From Mucilaginibacter sp. (GTDB lineage: Bacteria; Bacteroidota; Bacteroidia; Sphingobacteriales; Sphingobacteriaceae): DNA of 64,000 nucleotides. Below are positions 56,527-64,000 of the stretch, piece after piece. The notes beneath the pieces are model-generated. The model searched no databases. It saw nothing but the letters and a program-made list of their open reading frames with translations, and had not been told where the DNA came from. The stretch covers positions 11,913 to 75,912 of the forward strand of contig DASZYQ010000022.1 in NCBI GenBank assembly GCA_035545315.1, written 5' to 3'. How positions within the stretch are numbered: the first letter of the stretch is position 1; each line of letters starts with the position of its first letter. The position numbers and the translations under genes were made by a program.

Positions 56527-58101
56527 TTAATACTTTCCAGCCAGTTCCTTAGCTACGGTATCCAGCACACCGGTTATCTGGTCGTCCAGCTTACCGGCTT
56601 TCAGGGCCGACAAGGTTTCAGGATGACGCATTTCCAGCTGCGACAGGTATTCGTTCTCAAATTCTTTGATCTTATTCACAGGCACGTTACGCATCAGGTT
56701 TTTGGTGCCTGCGTAAACGATAGCTACCTGCTTTTCAACCGACATCGGCGAATACTGGCCCTGCTTCAAAACCTCCACGTTACGCGAGCCTTTGTCTAAC
56801 ACGGTTTTGGTAGCAGCGTCAAGGTCGGAACCGAATTTCGAGAAAGCTTCCAGTTCACGGAACTGGGCCTGGTCGAGCTTAAGGGTACCGGCAACTTTCT
56901 TCATCGATTTGATCTGTGCGTTACCACCTACGCGCGATACCGAGATACCTACGTTGATGGCCGGGCGAACACCCGCGTTAAACAGGTTCGACTCAAGGAA
57001 TATCTGGCCATCGGTGATCGAGATCACGTTGGTCGGGATATAAGCCGATACGTCGCCCGCCTGGGTTTCGATGATCGGCAGCGCTGTAAGTGAACCGCCG
57101 CCTTTCACGATACCTTTGATCGATTCGGGCAGGTCGTTCATTGCCTGGGCGATGTCGTCGTTCTGGTTAATCTTAGCGGCACGCTCCAGTAAACGGCTGT
57201 GCAGGTAAAATACGTCGCCCGGGTATGCTTCGCGGCCCGGAGGGCGACGCAGCAGCAGCGACACCTCGCGGTAAGCCACAGCCTGTTTCGACAGGTCATC
57301 ATAGATGATCAATGCCGGACGACCGGTATCGCGGAAATACTCGCCGATAGCGGCGCCTGCAAAAGGTGCGAAGAACTGCATCGGCGCAGGGTCGGCAGCG
57401 CTGGCAGCCACTACAATGGTATAAGCCATAGCGCCGTTTTCTTCCAGTACGCGAACGATGTTCGCAACGGTAGAAGATTTCTGGCCGCAGGCCACGTATA
57501 TACATATTACCGGTTTCCCGGCAGCATGGAATTCTCTCTGGTTGATAATGGTATCGATGCAAACCGCGGTTTTACCGGTCTGGCGGTCGCCGATAACCAG
57601 CTCACGCTGTCCGCGGCCGATCGGGATCATAGCATCGATAGCCTTGATACCGGTTTGCAGCGGTTCGTTCACCGGCTGGCGGTAAATTACACCGGGAGCT
57701 TTGCGCTCCAAAGGCATTTCGTAGGTTTTACCCGAAATAGGGCCTTTGCCGTCTATCGGCTGGCCCAGGGTGTTCACCACGCGGCCCAGCATGCCTTCGC
57801 CTACGTTGATAGAAGCGATGCGCCTGGTACGCTTAATCGTATCGCCTTCCTTAACTTCGTCCGAAGGGCCCAGTAATACCACGCCCACGTTGTCCTCTTC
57901 CAGGTTAAGCACGATGCCCTGCAAGCCGTTCTCAAACTCAACGAGCTCACCCGACTGCACCTTAGTTAATCCGTAAACGCGGGCTATACCGTCGCCTACC
58001 TGCAGCACGGTGCCTACTTCTTCTAATTCAGATTCCGACTTGAAGCCCGATAATTGCTGGCGCAATATGGCTGATACTTCGTCTGGTCTTACCTCTACCA
58101 T
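56527..58101 (-). CDS. atpA: ATP synthase F1 alpha
   Basis: GDRQTGKT Walker A; [24 protein letters not shown]. Confidence 0.99.
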   Translation of the reverse strand: MVEVRPDEVSAILRQQLSGFKSESELEEVGTVLQVGDGIARVYGLTKVQSGELVEFENGLQGIVLNLEEDNVGVVLLGPSDEVKEGDTIKRTRRIASINVGEGMLGRVVNTLGQPIDGKGPISGKTYEMPLERKAPGVIYRQPVNEPLQTGIKAIDAMIPIGRGQRELVIGDRQTGKTAVCIDTIINQREFHAAGKPVICIYVACGQKSSTVANIVRVLEENGAMAYTIVVAASAADPAPMQFFAPFAGAAIGEYFRDTGRPALIIYDDLSKQAVAYREVSLLLRRPPGREAYPGDVFYLHSRLLERAAKINQNDDIAQAMNDLPESIKGIVKGGGSLTALPIIETQAGDVSAYIPTNVISITDGQIFLESNLFNAGVRPAINVGISVSRVGGNAQIKSMKKVAGTLKLDQAQFRELEAFSKFGSDLDAATKTVLDKGSRNVEVLKQGQYSPMSVEKQVAIVYAGTKNLMRNVPVNKIKEFENEYLSQLEMRHPETLSALKAGKLDDQITGVLDTVAKELAGKY

Positions 58102-58129
58102 TTTTATTTTAATTAGAGTTTGTTTTCAA

Positions 58130-58678
58130 TTATTGATTTACCCCGCGGGCAAAATCGGTTCTTAATCTGTTTAAGCTGCTCGATATACTGGTGTCTATCT
58201 GCCTGTCGTCGAGCGTCAGGATAAACCCGCCTATCAGTTCAGGATTAACCTTGGTATGCAGTTCGATTGTACCGCCGGTAGCTTTCTGCAATTCGGCTGT
58301 TATCATCTTTTTGTTTTCTTCCGATAACGGCGACGCCGAAGTCACATAAGCCCTTTTGATGTTCCTGATAATATTGTATTGGTTAATGAACTCCCTTGCG
58401 GTGGCATATAAAACCTCCGAACGGCTCTTATTGATCATGATCCTGAAGAACGATTCGGTAATCTTGTTAACTTCTTTGCCAAAAATAGCTTCCAGTATCT
58501 TGATCTTCTTGTTATGGGCAATGATGGGGTTGGCCAGCACAGCCTGCAGCTGGTGGTTAGCCCGCAAAGTCTGCGTAAACAAACCCATATCCTTCCTGAT
58601 CTCTTCAAGCGCTTTCTTTTCCTCCGCGAGATCGATCAGCGATTTGGCGTACCTGGTTGCAACGGTTAATTCTGACAT
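58130..58678 (-). CDS. atpH: ATP synthase delta
   Basis: ATRYAKSL, NPELIGGFILTLDDRQIDTS. Confidence 0.96.
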   Translation of the reverse strand: MSELTVATRYAKSLIDLAEEKKALEEIRKDMGLFTQTLRANHQLQAVLANPIIAHNKKIKILEAIFGKEVNKITESFFRIMINKSRSEVLYATAREFINQYNIIRNIKRAYVTSASPLSEENKKMITAELQKATGGTIELHTKVNPELIGGFILTLDDRQIDTSISSSLNRLRTDFARGVNQ

Positions 58679-58687
58679 CTTTTTTTA

Positions 58688-58777
58688 TTTCGAATTTCGG
58701 ATTTACGATTTCGAATTTTTTATTGCTATCCAAATGTTCAACTTTCAAATTCGAAATTGAACATTTCGAAATTCGAC
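58688..58777. repeat. Heptamer-arm hairpin in the atpF-atpH gap
   Basis: TTTCGAA TTTCGGA TTTACGA TTTCGAA versus TTTCAAA TTCGAAA TTGAACA TTTCGAA ATTCGAC. Confidence 0.75.
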
Positions 58778-58778
58778 A

Positions 58779-59273
58779 TTATTTCAACTTTACTTCTTTA
58801 AGCAGATCTGCCACCAAAGCGTCCTGCTTTTTCTGATCTTCGAATTGCTTGCGCAATACTTTTTCAGCTATTTCAATAGACAAAGTCGCTACCTGGTTCT
58901 TGACGTCGGCCATAGCGATCGCCTTCTGGTTCTCGATCTCGACCTTTGCCAGTTCTATCATGCGCGCGCCTTCCTTTTGTGCCGAATCTTTTGCCTCGTT
59001 CACAATCATATCCTTCATCTGGCGTGCCTCTTTCAGTATCAGGTCGCGCTCGATACGCGCCTGCTTCAGCAACTCATCATTTTCGTTGGTCAGGCGCTGC
59101 ATCTCTTCTTTTGCAGCTTCGGCCATTGAAAGTGCGCTTTCAATAGATTTTTCACGTTCGCTTATAGCGCCCAGGATCGGCTTCCAGGCATACTTGCCCA
59201 GTATGAAGATCAATATCGCAAAGCAGACTGTTGTCCAGAAAACCAACCCTATGCTTGGGGTAACTAAATCCAT
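58779..59273 (-). CDS. atpF: ATP synthase F0 b
   Basis: N-terminal TM PSIGLVFW, AWKPILGAISERE, coiled coil. Confidence 0.97.
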   Translation of the reverse strand: MDLVTPSIGLVFWTTVCFAILIFILGKYAWKPILGAISEREKSIESALSMAEAAKEEMQRLTNENDELLKQARIERDLILKEARQMKDMIVNEAKDSAQKEGARMIELAKVEIENQKAIAMADVKNQVATLSIEIAEKVLRKQFEDQKKQDALVADLLKEVKLK

Positions 59274-59355
59274 TTTTTCAAGATTTGAAAGTTGAGATTG
59301 TGACCGTTTCGGCCTCCCATCTCATGTCTATAATTAATAAAGTTAATTTTAAAAG

Positions 59356-59382
59356 AAGCCCGGAGCCAACCGCTCCGGGTTT
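59356..59382 (-). terminator. Internal terminator/stabilising hairpin after atpE
   Basis: CCCGGAGC-caacc-GCTCCGGG followed by CTTCTTTT on the minus strand. Confidence 0.65.
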
Positions 59383-59387
59383 ACTTT

Positions 59388-59636
<249 letters not shown>

Positions 59637-59677
59637 TTAATTTAAAACGTGTATATTAATAGATAATTAATTCGAAA

Positions 59678-60733
59678 TTAATGGTGCTCCATAATGGCCA
59701 TGCCGATAAACAAGGCCGAAAGGAGTGTAAAAATATAAGCCTGCAAAAAGGCAATCAGCACTTCTATCACATCCATAAACACCACGAAGCCCACCGAAAC
59801 CGGCGAGATCCAAAGCGTACCGAAAATAAAGATAAGAGAGATAAGGCTCAAAGCAACAATGTGTCCCGCCGTCATGTTAGCGAACAAACGTATCATTAAC
59901 GCGATAGGCTTCGAGAAAATCCCCACGATTTCAACTATCCACATAATTGGAAGTATCCAGAAAGGCACGTCGGGTAAAAAAATGTGCTTCCAGTAATATT
60001 TGTTCCCGTTCAGGTTCACCACAAATAGAATGATCACCGCCAGCGTGCCGGTTACCGCTATATTACCCGTAAGATTGTAACCTGCGGGGAAAAACGGCAC
60101 TATACCCAAAAGATTGTTTACGAGAATGAAAAAGAAAACAGTAAGCAGCAGCGGCATAAAACGCGTATACTTATAGCCCATGTTCGGGATGGCGACGTCA
60201 TCGCGGATAAAAACTATCAGCGGCTCCATAAACGATTGCAGGCCTTTCGGAGCCCGGTTGGTACGTTTTTTATACGCCGACGAAACGGATAAGAATACCA
60301 GCAACAACACGGCGCACGACAAAAACAAGCTTATAACATTCCGGGTAATGGAAAAGTCCCATACCTTTTTGCTGGCGTCCTCGTCAACTTTGCCGGAAGC
60401 GTCGACAACTTTGACCTTATTGCCTTCCAGTTTATAGCTGTACTTTGCACCTGCATATACAGCGCCTTCCTGCTCAATCTGCTTTGATGAAAATATATCA
60501 AAACCCTTATCGGTATATAAAATAACCGGAAGCCCTATCGTGGTCTTGCCGAGCACCGGCCACGAGTGCGAATCGCCGATGTGCTCCAGTATCGCCTCTT
60601 TGGCCACTTCCTTAGGATCTTTGGCGCCCTCCTCGGCGGAAGCTGATTTTGAAAATGGGGCAGCGAGTAAAAAAAACGCGCAAATTAAGAGAATGTTAAA
60701 AATTTTTGATTTCAAAATCGTGCCGCTTGCCAT
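59678..60733 (-). CDS. atpB: ATP synthase F0 a (long Bacteroidota type)
   Basis: APKGLQSFME, TGNIAVT, LMIRLFANMTAGH, QAYIFTLL. Confidence 0.97.
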   Translation of the reverse strand: MASGTILKSKIFNILLICAFFLLAAPFSKSASAEEGAKDPKEVAKEAILEHIGDSHSWPVLGKTTIGLPVILYTDKGFDIFSSKQIEQEGAVYAGAKYSYKLEGNKVKVVDASGKVDEDASKKVWDFSITRNVISLFLSCAVLLLVFLSVSSAYKKRTNRAPKGLQSFMEPLIVFIRDDVAIPNMGYKYTRFMPLLLTVFFFILVNNLLGIVPFFPAGYNLTGNIAVTGTLAVIILFVVNLNGNKYYWKHIFLPDVPFWILPIMWIVEIVGIFSKPIALMIRLFANMTAGHIVALSLISLIFIFGTLWISPVSVGFVVFMDVIEVLIAFLQAYIFTLLSALFIGMAIMEHH

Positions 60734-60748
60734 CTAAATTGAAGTTTT

Positions 60749-61135
60749 CTACCTTAAATTTTTGTGCCGCAAGTTACGGAGCAAAATGTAAACTTCAAAG
60801 AGCATATTTAATAAATATATATAAAAAAAATCGGCCAGAAAAACGTACTTATTTACCTTATTTTTCATCGAATAGATAACTATAAAGAATATGCATGCCA
60901 ATATTTTTATTGTTGTACTTGCAAGGAAAGCCTGTACATAAAAATCCTTATTCTTCTTTTGAACGATGAGAATTAAAACAAGCCCCAGGAAGGTAATGCC
61001 CGATATAAGAAAGAACATAAGCCAGAAATGCGGCACAAGCCACTCGGCTTCTCCATTGTACTGCATGGCGGCGGGAGCAATGGCCAGCAAGGCTATAAAC
61101 AGCAGGTAGGCAAGTATAGAGGGTAGTACTTTCAT
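60749..61135 (-). CDS. ATP synthase accessory membrane protein (AtpI-like, 4 TM)
   Basis: Four TM helices directly upstream of atpB. Confidence 0.75.
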   Translation of the reverse strand: MKVLPSILAYLLFIALLAIAPAAMQYNGEAEWLVPHFWLMFFLISGITFLGLVLILIVQKKNKDFYVQAFLASTTIKILACIFFIVIYSMKNKVNKYVFLADFFYIYLLNMLFEVYILLRNLRHKNLR

Positions 61136-61145
61136 TATTTTTTTT

Positions 61146-61177
61146 GATTACACCGATTTTTGATTGATTACACCGAT
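61146..61177. repeat. Direct repeat GATTACACCGAT x2
   Basis: Copies at 61146-61157 and 61166-61177. Confidence 0.7.
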
Positions 61178-61183
61178 CTCAGA

Positions 61184-61411
61184 TCAGTCCTTGTTTTTTA
61201 ATGAAGCTATTACCAGGTAAATGGAGATCATGACGCCTGAAAGTGATAGTATGGCCGTTACCCACTTTACTCCGTGGTTGGCCCATTGGTCGATCTTGTA
61301 ACCGCCCCAGGTAAATAAGCCGATGATCACAATCATCTGGAAACCCATGCCGGTGTATTTCACATAATTGTTCAGAGGCCTGCCGTTATCATCGGGTTTA
61401 TTTTTAAGCAT
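61184..61411 (-). CDS. AtpZ/AtpI family ATP synthase accessory protein
   Basis: KYTGMGFQM...GGYKIDQW, two TM; ATG 61411. Confidence 0.88.
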   Translation of the reverse strand: MLKNKPDDNGRPLNNYVKYTGMGFQMIVIIGLFTWGGYKIDQWANHGVKWVTAILSLSGVMISIYLVIASLKNKD

Positions 61412-61583
61412 CCGCAAATCTATTAATTTTTTCGGCTCCCGCTGTCGTCCTGCCCATTATCTGTTGAAAGAGAAATAATTAGCACGCAGCCTGCCCTTAC
61501 AAAAGGTGCGGGCCGATAAACTAAATTAGCCCAAACTGAAGTTATTTAGTAAATTAGCGAGGCTTTTAAACTACGGTTATAAC

Positions 61584-64000
61584 TTGAGGCGCATTTCTGA
61601 AACTACCATCCTGAAACGATTATTTATTCCCGTTTTATTACTGCTGGCGGGATGCTCGCTCGAAAAACAAACCGGTTTTAACCGCGCCATGCAAAATCTT
61701 ACGGCGCATTACAATATTCTTTTTGATGCCAATGAAATATTAAGGTTAAAACAGCAAAGCTATGCCCTGTCGTTTGTCGACTCGTATAGCCAAATATTAA
61801 GCGTGTACCAGGATACCGCAGCAAAGGGAACAGCGCCCGATAAGGACCTGGAGGAAGCAAAAGTCAAAGCAGGAAAGATCATCAATGTTAAAGAACAAAG
61901 CCATTATTTAGGCGACGCTTATTTAGTACTCGGCAAAGCCGATTATCTCGAAGGCGATTATTTTGATGCGGTCGAATTCTTCAGCTATGTTATCCGGTCT
62001 TTTAAAGATCAGCCCAAGCTGACCGAGGAAGCGTTAGCCTGGAAAACGCGTTCGCTCCTCTACCTCAATCAACTGCCGCAAGCCAAATCGGTTATCGACA
62101 GCGCCATACAGGGAATAGTTAAAAAGACGCCGAAAGCGACAATAACGAATATATACGCCGCTAAGCTGCAATACGATATCGATGTACAGGATTACGAAGA
62201 CGGCGAGGCAATGGCTAAAAAAGCCATCCATTATTGTAGTGAAAAGAGCCTGAAGTTGCGCTGGACCTTTATACTGGCGCAATTACAGGAGCTTGATAAT
62301 AAAACCGCCGATGCTTATAAAAATTATACGAGTATTGTGAACAGCAATGCGCCGTTCGAAATGGCGTTTAATGCAAGCCTGAACCGCATCCGGATAGATG
62401 AGAACCAGAGCGGCATCCGGGTGAGCAGGATAGACCGGCTGAAAGCGCTTTTAAAAAACGAGAACAATAAAGATTTTATCGACCAGGTGTATTTTCAGAT
62501 CGGCGAACTTTATTATGCCGGTAAAGACGTCGGCAACGCAATAAAGAATTATCGCCTGTCGGTCCGCACCAGCCGGAAAAACCAAAACCAAAAAGGACTT
62601 TCGTACCTGCGCCTTGCCGATATTTTTTTTAAGGATAAGGCTGATTATGTAGCCGCCAAGAAATATTACGACAGTACGCTGCTCAACCTGTCGCCTACGT
62701 TCCCGGGATACCAGATGATCCAGAAGAAAAGCAACAACCTGCAACTGCTGGCCGACCGGTTCGGGATCATTGCCAGGGAGGACACGCTGCAGATGCTGGC
62801 TAAACTGGACGATAAGGCCCGGGCCGCGAAAATAGACGCCCTGGTTAACGCCGACATTCTGCAGCAGCAGCAATCCGCGGGACAGCTTGACAATTATAAC
62901 AACTCACCATCGCCGGCAGGTCCTTCAGCCGGCGGGGGAAGCGCCTTTTATTTTTACAACTCAAACGCGGTAAGTACAGGGTATAACGACTTTAAGCGAC
63001 GATGGGGCAACCGCAAACTGGAGGACAACTGGCGGCGCAGCAACCGGGCAAGCAGCGATATTACCAGTAATGCGGCGCAGAATACGGACCCCGATGCACC
63101 GGCCGACCAAACCGTTCGGGGTAAGGGGGCAAATACCGCCGGAAATTACCGCCAGCAATTAATTAAAAATATTCCCCTTACACCGGAGATGCTTGCGCAA
63201 TCCAACACGCGCATCTACAACGCTTATTTCGATATCGCTAATTTTTACCGCGATGTAATGGGCGACAAGCCTGAGGCGATAGCAACGTACGAACTGCTGC
63301 TTGCGCGTTTCCCGGATACACAGGATAAGCCGGCGATCTATTATAACCTTTACCGTCTTTACAGTGATATCGACAAGCAAAAATCGGATTACTACAAAGC
63401 CCTGTTGCTGAAAAATTATGCCGACACCCCTTTCGCCAAGATTATCGTCGATCCTAACTATGCGTCGAGGCTAAACGATGCCGACGCTCAATTGAACGAA
63501 TCGTATAACCAGGTCTACGACCAGTATGCTAAAGCGGATTATAAAGGCGCTATCGCCAGCATCGACGACCTTCAGCAGCGTTACCCGAACAATAAGTGGT
63601 CGGCGCAATTGGCTTACCTGCGCGCGATCTCGGCCGGGCACCTGGAAAAGTTCGATCCATTTAAAAACGACCTGCAGCAAATTGTTGCTAAATACCCGGA
63701 TGACAAACTCGTTACGCCATTAGTCAAGCAGCACCTGGCATATTTAGATGCGCACAAAGACGCTATGTCTGTGAGGCCGTTCGTATTAACGGATAAAGAC
63801 CCCAATGAAGAGCCGTTTGTGCCGCCTGTGGCACCCGACGAGGCACAACAAGCCGCCATCAGGTATAATAATATTGTCGCCGAGCACCAGGCCGAGGCAG
63901 TGAGGCAAGCCGAAGCAGCCAGGCAGGCTGCGGCATTAAAACAGCAGGCAGCCAAACCCGTTCCGGAAAATACCGTAGCCACCAACCCGGCTGCAAATAC
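61584..64000 (+). CDS. sprE: SprE/PorW-type TPR lipoprotein of the type IX secretion system; 3' truncated; not in the supplied ORF track
   Basis: Translated by hand from TTG 61584: ...LFIPVLLLLAGC-SLEKQTGFNRAMQNLTAHYNILF; the same frame at 62940 gives SAFYFYNSNAVSTGYNDFKRRWGNRKLEDNWRR; TPR-like helices; in-frame checked at sampled positions. Confidence 0.8.
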   Translation, partial: MRRISETTILKRLFIPVLLLLAGCSLEKQTGFNRAMQNLTAHYNILFDANEILRLKQQSYALSFVDSYSQILSVYQDTAAKGTAPDKDLEEAKVKAGKIINVKEQSHYLGDAYLVLGKADYLEGDYFDAVEFFSYVIRSFKDQPKLTEEALAWKTRSLLYLNQLPQAKSVIDSAIQGIVKKTPKATITNIYAAKLQYDIDVQDYEDGEAMAKKAIHYCSEKSLKLRWTFILAQLQELDNKTADAYKNYTSIVNSNAPFEMAFNASLNRIRIDENQSGIRVSRIDRLKALLKNENNKDFIDQVYFQIGELYYAGKDVGNAIKNYRLSVRTSRKNQNQKGLSYLRLADIFFKDKADYVAAKKYYDSTLLNLSPTFPGYQMIQKKSNNLQLLADRFGIIAREDTLQMLAKLDDKARAAKIDALVNADILQQQQSAGQLDNYNNSPSPAGPSAGGGSAFYFYNSNAVSTGYNDFKRRWGNRKLEDNWRRSNRASSDITSNAAQNTDPDAPADQTVRGKGANTAGNYRQQLIKNIPLTPEMLAQSNTRIYNAYFDIANFYRDVMGDKPEAIATYELLLARFPDTQDKPAIYYNLYRLYSDIDKQKSDYYKALLLKNYADTPFAKIIVDPNYASRLNDADAQLNESYNQVYDQYAKADYKGAIASIDDLQQRYPNNKWSAQLAYLRAISAGHLEKFDPFKNDLQQIVAKYPDDKLVTPLVKQHLAYLDAHKDAMSVRPFVLTDKDPNEEPFVPPVAPDEAQQAAIRYNNIVAEHQAEAVRQAEAARQAAALKQQAAKPVPENTVATNPAAN

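Noticed and set aside
62034-63985. Several minus-strand ORFs at the window end
   Set aside because: Shadows of the plus-strand sprE/porW reading frame

Overview
Chromosomal segment of a Bacteroidota bacterium. Gene content and TAnnTTTG promoters point to Sphingobacteriaceae, Mucilaginibacter-like (inference). Core genes: sucA/sucB, ggt, nadE, gldB, the atpB-E-F-H-A-G part of the ATP synthase operon, and a sprE/porW-type TPR lipoprotein that runs off the window end and is absent from the ORF track. Accessory blocks: an OM barrel plus GLPGLI gene; tandem M1 aminopeptidases; a GT39 glycosyltransferase with an orphan barrel; two small AT-rich membrane genes next to REP-like hairpins; a PQQ/heme-c dehydrogenase; a DASH cryptochrome/photolyase cluster interrupted by an Xre-RES toxin-antitoxin pair. 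The best candidates for an undescribed system are three. (1) A five-gene cytochrome c / YceI / DUF5777-barrel / OB-fold operon bracketed by a duplicated terminator and preceded by a perfect palindrome. (2) A T9SS cargo island: an S8 protease, a tiny Cys-loop PLD-CTERM peptide, and three paralogous surface proteins with different N-termini. (3) A GH130 beta-1,2-mannoside phosphorylase-like gene paired with an unknown 732-aa cytoplasmic protein. Locus-specific heptamer-repeat hairpins sit at gene junctions throughout the window, and one tract lies inside the sucB coding sequence. All family assignments are from motif recognition, not database searches. No rRNA, tRNA, CRISPR array, integrase or transposase was recognised.
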